The notes under the pieces: generated by a model
Told to the model about the DNA's origin: nothing
Database searches by the model: none
Seen by the model: the letters and a program-made list of their open reading frames with translations, nothing else
In this document: in pieces, positions 31,162-39,814 of the stretch
Layout: every line of letters begins with the position of its first letter
Numbering within the stretch: position 1 is the first letter of the stretch
Origin: an uncultured Candidatus Saccharibacteria bacterium
GTDB lineage: Bacteria; Patescibacteriota; Minisyncoccia; Phycocordibacterales; CAIJYI01
Assembly: GCA_964410165.1 (NCBI GenBank)
Contig: CAYPFT010000004.1
Coordinates: 1 to 51,466, forward strand
DNA length: 51,466 nucleotides
Direction of reading: 5' to 3'
Position numbers and translations under genes: made by a program

Positions 31162-33336
31162 CTACACTACTTTGTGCGGATTGTGATTCGGGCAGGCTTT
31201 GTCACTGCATCGTTCGGGAATGGTTTTTGTTCCGAGCATCTGCAGTGCGCCGCAGATCGGGCAGAGGTTTCCTGTGGGTTTGGCTTTGATGGCGTATTTG
31301 CATTTGGGATAATTCGAACAGCCGTAGAAGATGCCGAAGCGTCCTTTTCTTTCCGACATTTCGCCTTCTTTGCACACCGGGCATTTGATTCCGGTACGGC
31401 GCTTGGCTTCTTCTTCCGGCGCTTGCTTGATAAATTTGCATTTTGGATAATTACTGCAAGCGATGAATTTACCGAACCGCCCGTCGCGCTCCATGAGCTT
31501 GCCACCGCATTTCGGGCACTCCTCATCAAGCAGTACCGGGCCTTCGAGCTCCCGTCCGTCCGCCATCCTCGCCCCGTTGCATTCGGGGAATTTCGCACAG
31601 CTCAGAAACTTGCCATTTTTGCCGAGCTTCCACACCATCTCGCCAAGACAAGACGGACAGCGCATTTCTTTCGGCGCATCTCCGAGGGTGCTTATTTTTT
31701 CCAAATTTTTTCCTTTCGCTCTCACTTCTTTTGCGAACGGTTTATAGAAATCGCCAAGCGTTTTGGCATAGTCGCGCTTTCCCTCGGCGATGTCGTCGAG
31801 TTCTTCTTCCATTTCGGCGGTGAAGGTGTCTGAAATGACGTTTGCAAAATTGGCTTCGAGAAATTCGCTGACCACCTCGCCCGTATCGGTCGGTTTCAAT
31901 GCTTTGTTTTCTTTCTCCGCATAGCCGCGATCTTGAATGGTCTTGATAATGGAAGCATAGGTGCTTGGCCGTCCGATGCCGCGTTTTTCGAGTTCTTTCA
32001 CTAAGCCTGCTTCCGAGTAGCGGTTCGGCGGTTCGGTTTGTTTACCTTCGGATTTTGCCTCAAGGAGCGCGAGCGGGTCGTCCGCGGCAACTTTCGGAAG
32101 TTCGGTGTCTTCGTCTCGCGCGGATCGGTCGGCAAGAAGCCAGCCGGGAGAAAGGAGCCGCGAGCCGTTCGCGGAAAAAGCGGGGATGCTTTCTCCGCCA
32201 GCTGGCGGATTCACATTCGCGATAATTTTCGTACGCAAAATTTCCGCGTCTTTCATTTGCGAAGAGATAGTGCGGCGCCAGATGAGTTCATAGAGCGCTT
32301 TTTGCTCGCCGGTTAATCCCAAACTTTTTTTTGCCGGATGCGTCGGACGGATAGCCTCGTGCGCTTCCTGCGCGTTTTTGGATTTGGTTTTATACACGCG
32401 GAGGTCGACCAGTTCTCTTCCGTACTCTTTCACAATGGTAGAGAGAATTTCCGCCACCGCTTCTTTTCCGAGATTGGTCGAGTCCGTTCTCATGTATGAA
32501 ATATGCCCCGCCTCATAAAGCTTCTGGGCGATGCGCATGGTGTTCGCGGGAGAGAGTCCGAGCTGGGTGCTTGCGGTTTGCTGGAGGGTTGAGGTGGTGA
32601 ACGGAGGGCGAGGACTTCGCTTTGCGTTCGTTTCTTTCACATCAACCACTTTCCATTTTTCCGTCCGCGCTTTTTTCAAAATATCTTCCGCGATTTTTTC
32701 ATCGCGCGGTTCTTCTGCGCAAGTAAGGGAAATCTTCTCTTTCTTTTTTGTTTCCACATCCGCCGTAAGCACCCAGTAATTCTCAGGAATGAACGCGCGT
32801 ATCTCCCGCTCCCTCTCGCAGAGAATGCGGAGAGCGGGAGACTGAACGCGCCCGGCGGAAAGCCCGTAGCGGAGTTTCTTCCAGATGAGTCCGGAGAGGT
32901 CGTAGCCCACGAGCCGGTCGAGCACGCGTCGCGCTTCTTGCGCTTTTCGCAGATTTTCGTCTATAAGGCGCGGATGAGTAAGGGCTTCTTTAATGGCATT
33001 TTCGGTAATTTCATGGAAAGCGACGCGCTTTGGTTTTTTTAAGCCAGCGGCTTGCGCGATGTGCCACGCAATGGCTTCGCCCTCGCGGTCGGGGTCGGTC
33101 GCGAGAAGCACCTCGGAGGCTTCTTTGGAAAGGCTTTTTATTTCAGCCACCACCTTTTCCTTTCCCTTGGAAATTTCGTACGTCGGAACAAAACCCGCCT
33201 CGATATTGATGGCGTTTTTATTGCTCTTCGGGAGGTCGCGGATATGCCCCACGGAGGCCACAACCTTATATTCCTTCCCGAGATATTTTGAAATGGTTTT
33301 CGCTTTTGAGGGCGACTCGACGATAAGTAATTTCAT
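31162..33336 (-). CDS. topA: DNA topoisomerase I
   Basis: IVESPSKA, ATDPDREGE, SAGRVQ, YMRTD, GIGRPST, C-terminal Zn ribbons. Confidence 0.97.
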   Translation of the reverse strand: MKLLIVESPSKAKTISKYLGKEYKVVASVGHIRDLPKSNKNAINIEAGFVPTYEISKGKEKVVAEIKSLSKEASEVLLATDPDREGEAIAWHIAQAAGLKKPKRVAFHEITENAIKEALTHPRLIDENLRKAQEARRVLDRLVGYDLSGLIWKKLRYGLSAGRVQSPALRILCEREREIRAFIPENYWVLTADVETKKKEKISLTCAEEPRDEKIAEDILKKARTEKWKVVDVKETNAKRSPRPPFTTSTLQQTASTQLGLSPANTMRIAQKLYEAGHISYMRTDSTNLGKEAVAEILSTIVKEYGRELVDLRVYKTKSKNAQEAHEAIRPTHPAKKSLGLTGEQKALYELIWRRTISSQMKDAEILRTKIIANVNPPAGGESIPAFSANGSRLLSPGWLLADRSARDEDTELPKVAADDPLALLEAKSEGKQTEPPNRYSEAGLVKELEKRGIGRPSTYASIIKTIQDRGYAEKENKALKPTDTGEVVSEFLEANFANVISDTFTAEMEEELDDIAEGKRDYAKTLGDFYKPFAKEVRAKGKNLEKISTLGDAPKEMRCPSCLGEMVWKLGKNGKFLSCAKFPECNGARMADGRELEGPVLLDEECPKCGGKLMERDGRFGKFIACSNYPKCKFIKQAPEEEAKRRTGIKCPVCKEGEMSERKGRFGIFYGCSNYPKCKYAIKAKPTGNLCPICGALQMLGTKTIPERCSDKACPNHNPHKVV

Positions 33337-33475
33337 ATGGTTTTCATTTATACTATAGATAGGGGATTTTTGCAAATCGATAGACTTCCTCTTGTCTATT
33401 GTATACGTTCCCGCGCATTAACAAAAACAAGCCCCGTTGTGGATAAACGGGGTTTTTATGCAGATGATTCGTTTC

Positions 33476-33724
33476 TCATTTTTCCTTCCTTTCTTTTTGG
33501 AATTGGTGTAAAGAAATTTTCCAAGTATCGGCGATGCCTTGAAGATGCTCCCGCTTTGCTTTTTCGAGATCGGGCACCTTGGAAAATCGTTTCGCGAGAG
33601 CGATAAGGTTTCATACTTGCCGGATGTTCGGTTTTTCCTCATGCGACAAAACATCATGGTTTTGCAGTACTTTTCGGTAGCCGAGAACCCCCTGCATACG
33701 GGTATTTTGAGTTTGTGTTTTCAT
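33476..33724 (-). pseudogene. Possible ~82-aa orphan gene interrupted by in-frame TGA
   Basis: GGAGG SD before ATG 33724; TGA at 33611-33613; frame stays open to 33476. Confidence 0.4.
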
Positions 33725-33854
33725 GGCACATACCTCCTCTTTATGTAAAAGTTGAACAATTAACCTATCTTAAGTATGCCGCGAAACGATTCTTTTGTCA
33801 AAAAAAAGCAGCCCCCGATGCGCTTGGGGACTGCGGAAAGTCGTTCAAATTCAT

Positions 33855-34118
33855 TTATACTCCGCACAGAGCGTCATCGTCATTCGTGATTCGATCCGGA
33901 AGAGAACATATTTTTTGCATGTATTCCAGTTCCGGAATAATGACATTGGTCAGTTCATCCATTTCCGCTTGCTCGCCGCCTTCTTCAATTGCTTCCTGCG
34001 CTTCTTTGAGTTTCATTTCAATAGTGGCGCAGTCTGTCCATTTTTCACTTGGGGCGCACTCAGCCTCTCCATGGAGTTTTTCCAAAAAATCATGGAGGTT
34101 TTGTATTTTCTGTTTCAT
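33855..34118 (-). CDS. Small acidic hypothetical protein
   Basis: AGGAG SD before MKQKIQ; terminator-like hairpin at ~33800-33835. Confidence 0.65.
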   Translation of the reverse strand: MKQKIQNLHDFLEKLHGEAECAPSEKWTDCATIEMKLKEAQEAIEEGGEQAEMDELTNVIIPELEYMQKICSLPDRITNDDDALCGV

Positions 34119-34189
34119 TGCTATTCTCCTGTCAAGGTTAGTTACCTTGTAAATAAAGATACCATAGAGAACAAATAAAGTCAAAGAAA

Positions 34190-35053
34190 TTACAAGCGCC
34201 GAAATTCGCCTCCGCGCTCGACGATGAGGCCTTTGATTTCCATTACCGAAAGCAGGGTATTTCCCGAAGAAATATCAAAACCCGAAGCGCGAAGCAATTC
34301 ATCGCGCGGAAGCGGTTCGGAGAGGATCGCGAAAATTTTTTGTTCCTCTTCGGAAAGGTCGGCGAGCGTTTGTTCGGACATTGCCGCCGCCTCTTTCGCG
34401 ATTCCGAAGAGACCAAGAATATCATCGGCGGAAGTTATCGGATACGCGCCTTGTTTTAAAAGTTTATTTGAGCCACGGGACCCCGGGGAAAAAATACCGT
34501 TCGGTATCACATACACATCGCGATTGTATTCCGTGGCGAGGCGCGCGGTGATGAGTGTGCCGCTTCGCTCTTCCGCTTCAATGATAAGCACGGCGCGGGA
34601 GAGTCCCGCCATGATGCGGTTTCTCTGCGGAAATGTCCACAGCGCGGCGGAAAGTTTCGGTTCGAATTCCGAAAGGAGCGTCCCGCCTTTTTCTACAATT
34701 TCTTCCGCAAGAGTTGCGTGCGTGCGAGGGTGTATCACGGAAGGGTGGAGTCCTGAACCGGGAATGGCAACGGTCGGAAGCCCATGCTTCATCGCGGCGC
34801 GGTGGGCAATGGAATCAATCCCGAGCGCGAGCCCGGACACAATGGTTATGGGTTGCCCGGCAAGCCTTTCAATAATTTTCTCGCAGACATCTTTCCCATA
34901 GTTCGTGTACTTGCGCGAGCCGACCACAGAAAGAAAAATTGTTTCCGGCGGCGGAAGGGTACCAGCGATGAAAAGTTTTTCCGGCGGCTGTGGAATTTCC
35001 AAAAGTTGCGGCGGGAATTCTTCATGTGAAAGTTCGCGGATTGAGTAGGACAT
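34190..35053 (-). CDS. dprA: DNA processing protein DprA
   Basis: VVGSR, VSGLALGID..AH, FPQRNRI, SGTLITA; upstream of topA. Confidence 0.95.
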   Translation of the reverse strand: MSYSIRELSHEEFPPQLLEIPQPPEKLFIAGTLPPPETIFLSVVGSRKYTNYGKDVCEKIIERLAGQPITIVSGLALGIDSIAHRAAMKHGLPTVAIPGSGLHPSVIHPRTHATLAEEIVEKGGTLLSEFEPKLSAALWTFPQRNRIMAGLSRAVLIIEAEERSGTLITARLATEYNRDVYVIPNGIFSPGSRGSNKLLKQGAYPITSADDILGLFGIAKEAAAMSEQTLADLSEEEQKIFAILSEPLPRDELLRASGFDISSGNTLLSVMEIKGLIVERGGEFRRL

Positions 35054-35164
35054 GGGGAGTATTGTAACACCCGGCGGGCATTTTGCGCGATATTGACAAA
35101 TGTATAAAATTAGAATACAGTAGCACCAGACAATATGTCTGTTTTTGAAAAAAGAGAGGTTTTT

Positions 35165-35614
35165 ATGAATACTGAAAAGAAGAGAGATATGAAGCTTTCG
35201 GTACATAGGGTGGGCGCGCTTTTGCTCGGTCTTGCGGTAATTATCGGCGTGGCCACGTCATGGCAGGCCTTACAAACAAAAGGTCCGGGTATGCTGATCG
35301 GCGAGGTCTATCAAGTCAGCCTTATCGGAACAAACACGCAAGACTTGGAGTATTCCGGGGTTATCTACGACGAATGGGCGTGGGATGAAAAAACCGCGCG
35401 GAAAATTTATAGCGGCATAGTGGACGGAAGCATTATTGTTATGTGTCCCAAAAATAGCCCGATGTATGTTCGCTTGTCTCGATTCGTAAATGTAAGAAAT
35501 ATGAATCCCGGTACGTTGGCGTCACTTATAAAGGAAGACGGCACGACGATACTGCCTGAGTGGACGCTTCAATTAGTTGAAGCAAAAGAGATTTGCCACT
35601 CGCAGGAATATTAG
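35165..35614 (+). CDS. Hypothetical membrane-anchored protein
   Basis: TTGACA-17-TACAGT promoter at 35093-35121, GAGG SD, N-terminal TM. Confidence 0.65.
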   Translation: MNTEKKRDMKLSVHRVGALLLGLAVIIGVATSWQALQTKGPGMLIGEVYQVSLIGTNTQDLEYSGVIYDEWAWDEKTARKIYSGIVDGSIIVMCPKNSPMYVRLSRFVNVRNMNPGTLASLIKEDGTTILPEWTLQLVEAKEICHSQEY

Positions 35615-35854
35615 ACGGTTTTGACGGGGGGCAAAGTTATGAATAATGACAACGAAAAAGGCTATCTTGTATGGATTGTACCCATTGTGGCTGCTGTCCT
35701 CGTGTTGTTTTATTTTGTGTTGCATGGTGGAAGGGAGCCGCTTGGGTTTTTGGATGCATTTTCAAGGTAGAAAAAGTGTCGCCGTTAAAGTCGCCGGTCT
35801 TTCCGGCGATTTTTTTTGTTTGCCTTTTTTCGCCCGAACGATTATTATTGAAAT

Positions 35855-36160
35855 ATGAAAAAGCCCGCAAAAACAATGAAAATCAAAAAAGTAAAAAAGA
35901 TGACCATTGAGGACTTGGCGCTGATGGTTGCCAAAGGGTTTGACGGCGTAGAGGTAAGGTTTGATGCCGTAGAAGTAAGGTTTGATGGTGTAGCGACAAG
36001 ATTTGAGAGTGTGGCAACAAAAGAGGATATGAATATGGTTATTGGACGATTGGACAGAATCGAGCACCTGCTTATCCGTGCGCTTGATAATCGGGTGACG
36101 AAACTTGAAGATGATAGTCGTGTTGTAAAAACAACCCTTGAAAAAATGTCTCGCGTATAA
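35855..36160 (+). CDS. Small coiled-coil protein with heptad tandem repeats
   Basis: FDGVEVR/FDAVEVR/FDGVATR/FESV encoded by 21-bp repeats; start uncertain. Confidence 0.7.
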   Translation: MKKPAKTMKIKKVKKMTIEDLALMVAKGFDGVEVRFDAVEVRFDGVATRFESVATKEDMNMVIGRLDRIEHLLIRALDNRVTKLEDDSRVVKTTLEKMSRV

Positions 36161-36172
36161 CTTATCACCGCC

Positions 36173-37438
36173 ATGCTCGACATAAAATTCATCCGAGAAA
36201 ACAGCGACCTGATAAAAGAAGCGGCTCGAAAGAAGCATGTGGAGTTTGATGTGGCGAAGTTGCTTGAGGCGGATGACAAGCGCCGCGCGGTACTCTCCGA
36301 ACTTGAGGATATGCGCGCGAAACAGAATGTTATCACCGACAAAATCCCAAGCGCGAACCCCGAAGAAAGGGAGGGACTTATCGTCGAATCCAAAGCGATG
36401 AAGGATGTCATGCAGAAAAAGGAAGAAGAATTGCGCGAACTCATGAAAAATTGGCAGATGCTCATGTTGCAGGTGCCGAACATACCCGATATTTCCGTTC
36501 CGGAAGGGGATTCCGATGAGCAAAATATGGAGGTTTCTGTTTACGGCGAAATCCCGAAATTTGATTTTACCCCGAAGGGCCATCTTGAGCTTTTTGAAAT
36601 GCATGATATGGCGGATTTTGAACGCGGTACGAAAGTTTCCGGTTTCCGCGGATATTTCCTCAAGAACGACGCCGTGCTTTTGAATATCGCGATTTGGAAT
36701 TTGGTTGTTGAAATTTTGACGAAGAAAGGCTTTCAGCCGATGTTCGTGCCGTCGCACGTGAAGCGCGAAACGATGCTCGGTACCGGATATCTTCCGCAGG
36801 GCGAAGAAGATTTGTACCACACTCAGGACGGGACGTACCTCGCGGGGACGGGAGAAGTTGCCGGCATGGCGTACTACATGGACGAAGTTTTGCCGCACGA
36901 AAAGTTGCCGATAAAAATGCTTGCCTTCTCAACATGTTTCCGCCGTGAAGCCGGAGCGCACGGCAAGGACACGAAAGGTCTCATGCGCGTTCACGAATTT
37001 TTCAAATGGGAGCAGATCGTACTCTGCGAAGCGAGCCACCAGGCATCCGTAGAACTCCACGAAGAAGTCCGGCAGAACGCCGAAGAAATCATGCAGGCGC
37101 TTGAAGTGCCGTATCACGTGGTCTTGAACTGCGGCGGAGATCTCGGGCTCGGACAGGTGAAAAAGTATGACATCGAAGCATGGGTGCCGTCGGAAGGGAA
37201 GTACCGCGAGACGCACAGTGCCTCCTACTTCCACGACTTCCAAACCCGCCGCCTGAATATCCGCTACCGCGACGCGGAAGGGAAAATGCGCTTCACCCAC
37301 TCCCTCAACAACACCGCACTCGCTACTCCGCGCGCGCTTATTTCCGTCATAGAAAATCACCAGCAAGCTGACGGCTCTATTAAAATCCCGAAAGCTTTGC
37401 AGAAGTGGATGGGGAAGGAGAGGATAGCGAAGAATTAG
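36173..37438 (+). CDS. serS: Seryl-tRNA synthetase
   Basis: MLDIKFIREN, CFRREAG, GLMRVHEF, KYDIEAW, HSLNNT. Confidence 0.97.
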   Translation: MLDIKFIRENSDLIKEAARKKHVEFDVAKLLEADDKRRAVLSELEDMRAKQNVITDKIPSANPEEREGLIVESKAMKDVMQKKEEELRELMKNWQMLMLQVPNIPDISVPEGDSDEQNMEVSVYGEIPKFDFTPKGHLELFEMHDMADFERGTKVSGFRGYFLKNDAVLLNIAIWNLVVEILTKKGFQPMFVPSHVKRETMLGTGYLPQGEEDLYHTQDGTYLAGTGEVAGMAYYMDEVLPHEKLPIKMLAFSTCFRREAGAHGKDTKGLMRVHEFFKWEQIVLCEASHQASVELHEEVRQNAEEIMQALEVPYHVVLNCGGDLGLGQVKKYDIEAWVPSEGKYRETHSASYFHDFQTRRLNIRYRDAEGKMRFTHSLNNTALATPRALISVIENHQQADGSIKIPKALQKWMGKERIAKN

Positions 37439-37509
37439 GAATCAGGAATAACGACGGATACCACCACATTTTTTTGGTACGTTATGTAATTTGTGTTATA
37501 TTACAGACA

Positions 37510-37827
37510 ATGATCACCGCAGAAAAAATACAAGAAATTGCAGATAAGGTGGCGCGGGAATTTCAGCCGGAGAAGATTATTCTTTTCGGTTCTTTTGCGT
37601 GGGGTACGCCGACCGAGGATAGCGATGTGGATTTGTTTATTGTGAAAGAGGGCGAGGGTAGAAGATGGGAAAAAGAGCGCGCGGTCTATAAGTTTCTTTC
37701 CGGCGCAAAAATTCCGATTGACGTTTTGGTGTACAGCGGAGAGGAAGCGGAACGAAGCCGCGGGAAAGGCAACTTTTTTTTAGAAGATATTTTTACCAAA
37801 GGGCGTACTTTATACTCGGCAACATAA
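37510..37827 (+). CDS. Minimal nucleotidyltransferase (MNT)
   Basis: LFGSFAWG..DSDVDL..IDVL. Confidence 0.9.
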   Translation: MITAEKIQEIADKVAREFQPEKIILFGSFAWGTPTEDSDVDLFIVKEGEGRRWEKERAVYKFLSGAKIPIDVLVYSGEEAERSRGKGNFFLEDIFTKGRTLYSAT

Positions 37828-37833
37828 CCAAAT

Positions 37834-38217
37834 ATGTCCAACGAAGAGATATTTGAAGAATGGGAAGCATACGCGCTTGACGACGAAAAAGTCGCTGAGA
37901 TGATTTTGCGCGAAGATGGTCCCCCTAATCCGCTTTGTTTTCACGCACAGCAGATGGCGGAAAAATATCTGAAGGCTTACTTGCTCCGTTCCGGAAAGCG
38001 ATTTGAGAAAAAACATCAACTCGTGTATCTTCTTGACCTGTGCCGAGAAATCGATGATTCTTTTGTAGAACTTACTGACGATGCCGCTTTGCTTATGGCT
38101 TTTTATATAGAGACTCGTTACCCCGGCGACATCCCGGAGTTTACTCTCGGAGAATGTAAAGACGGACTCGAAGCCGCAAAACGCATAAAATCATTCGTGC
38201 TGAAAAAATTACCGTAG
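37834..38217 (+). CDS. HEPN domain protein (MNT-HEPN pair)
   Basis: CFHAQQMAEKYLKA, H.L..L, TRYP. Confidence 0.88.
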   Translation: MSNEEIFEEWEAYALDDEKVAEMILREDGPPNPLCFHAQQMAEKYLKAYLLRSGKRFEKKHQLVYLLDLCREIDDSFVELTDDAALLMAFYIETRYPGDIPEFTLGECKDGLEAAKRIKSFVLKKLP

Positions 38218-38247
38218 CTTTACAGAAATGGACGGGAAAAGAAAAAC

Positions 38248-38332
38248 TAGTCACTAGTAATTAGTCACTGGTCGGTGGTCAATACCAAAACGATTCCACC
38301 AGCAACCAGTTACCAGTGACTAGCTACCAGAA
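38248..38332. repeat. Inverted arrays of heptamer tandem repeats
   Basis: TAGTCAC/TAGTAAT/TAGTCAC/TGGTCGG ... ACCAGCA/ACCAGTT/ACCAGTG/ACTAGCT/ACCAGAA. Confidence 0.7.
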
Positions 38333-38334
38333 CC

Positions 38335-39201
38335 ATGCCTCGCGTCATTCGTTCCCCGGAAAAACAAATACAGCACAAGAAGAAACGGCGGATGGTGTCC
38401 GTTTTGGTTTTGTTGTGTCTTGGCGGGTTTGCGTGGCTCATCATCTATATTCCGTCACTCCCGTCGCTTCAGATAAAAAACATTCTTGTGCTGGGCAATA
38501 AAGTTTTAACGGAGGAGGAAATAAAACAGCGTGTCGAAGAGGAGCTGTCAGGAAAATATCTGCGCGTGTTTCCGAAAACGAATGTTTTTCTGTATCCCCA
38601 AAAACCGATTGAAGAAAGTTTGCTCCCCGCTTTTCCGCGCGTTGCGAGCGTGTCCGCACATCTTGATACAAAACGAGTTCTCACCATCACTCTCACTGAA
38701 CGCGAGCCGTTCGCGCTTTGGTGCGGGCGGGAAGAGAAAAGCCTGATTCAGGAAGGGCAACGTAATTGCTTCTATCTGGACGATACGGGGTTTGCGTTCT
38801 CTCAAGCGCCGTCTTTCTCCGGGAACGCTTATTTTGAATTTTACGGGAAAGGAGAACTTTCGGACGGCGATCCGACGGGAAGCTATTTTTTGCCGCTTGC
38901 TTCGTATCGGAACATTTTGAAAATAAAGAAGAGTTTGGAGGGCATGGACGCGCATTCTCTTTCGGCATTCGTCGGGGAGGATAATGGCGTTCTTTTGTTC
39001 GAGAGCGCCGGGTATGGCATCCGTTTCAACCTTGATCAGAATGCGGATACCCTTGAGTCGAACATGCAAGCGGTTTTTCACTCAAGTTCGTGGGGAGACA
39101 CGCTTCGTTCCGGGACTCTTGAATATATGGATTTTCGATTCGGGAACAAAGTGTACTATAAGTACTGGAATGAGGAATCAGGGGCAACGAATCAAGAATA
39201 A
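38335..39201 (+). CDS. FtsQ/DivIB-like protein (POTRA)
   Basis: Basic N-tail, TM, I.V.GN, L.I.L.ER.P, YLDDTG, EYMDFRFGNKVY. Confidence 0.75.
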   Translation: MPRVIRSPEKQIQHKKKRRMVSVLVLLCLGGFAWLIIYIPSLPSLQIKNILVLGNKVLTEEEIKQRVEEELSGKYLRVFPKTNVFLYPQKPIEESLLPAFPRVASVSAHLDTKRVLTITLTEREPFALWCGREEKSLIQEGQRNCFYLDDTGFAFSQAPSFSGNAYFEFYGKGELSDGDPTGSYFLPLASYRNILKIKKSLEGMDAHSLSAFVGEDNGVLLFESAGYGIRFNLDQNADTLESNMQAVFHSSSWGDTLRSGTLEYMDFRFGNKVYYKYWNEESGATNQE

Positions 39202-39218
39202 AGATAACCGCAAAGCAC

Positions 39219-39347
39219 CAAATTCAAAATCATAAGTTCCAAATAAACCCAAAACTACAATATAAAAATTCCAAACACCAGTTCCCGTGTTTAAGATTTT
39301 TAATTTTAAACATTGGGATTTATTTGGAACTTGTGCTTTTGAATTTG
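39219..39347. repeat. Long imperfect AT-rich inverted repeat with heptamer periodicity
   Basis: CAAATTCAAAATCATAAGTTCCAAATAAACCCAA ... TTGGGATTTATTTGGAACTTGTGCTTTTGAATTTG. Confidence 0.75.
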
Positions 39348-39418
39348 TAATTTTTATATGGGGGCTCTGGTGCGTAACATGAGTTATCCATTTTTATAAT
39401 TCCTGCTATAATACTCTT

Positions 39419-39814
39419 ATGAAGAAACCTCTCATTCTTATTGAAAGCTATTTTGCGTGGCACTACGGCCGCGCGTTTACGGATATGTTTTATATCTGGA
39501 TGAATTTTCTCTGGTTCGTTTTCAATTTTTTTTCAGTATCCGTTCTCGTTCATACGTTTTTTGATCCGTGGAAACGGATGGGCGAGGCGTATCCGAAAGG
39601 TTTTGATATCGCCGGAGTCGTTTCAACTTTCGTCGTGAATACGCTCATGCGCGCCGTCGGAATCATGGTGCGGCTTATTGTGCTTTCTCTCGGATTCGCC
39701 ATCGCGCTTTTTGTTTTTGTCGCAGGTATTCTTATCGGTATCTTGTGGGCGCTTGCCCCGATTGTTTTCACCGCGCTTGTCATTATCAGCTTTCATCGGA
39801 TCTTTTATGCCTGA
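39419..39814 (+). CDS. Small membrane protein coupled to Clp-type ATPase
   Basis: WHY..FFS..TFF.PWKR; stop overlaps next ATG. Confidence 0.8.
   Translation: MKKPLILIESYFAWHYGRAFTDMFYIWMNFLWFVFNFFSVSVLVHTFFDPWKRMGEAYPKGFDIAGVVSTFVVNTLMRAVGIMVRLIVLSLGFAIALFVFVAGILIGILWALAPIVFTALVIISFHRIFYA

Noticed and set aside
33611-33613. TGA recoded as Gly (code 25)
   Set aside because: Long conserved genes have no in-frame TGA, and TGA ends ligA, the NUDIX gene and 39419-39814
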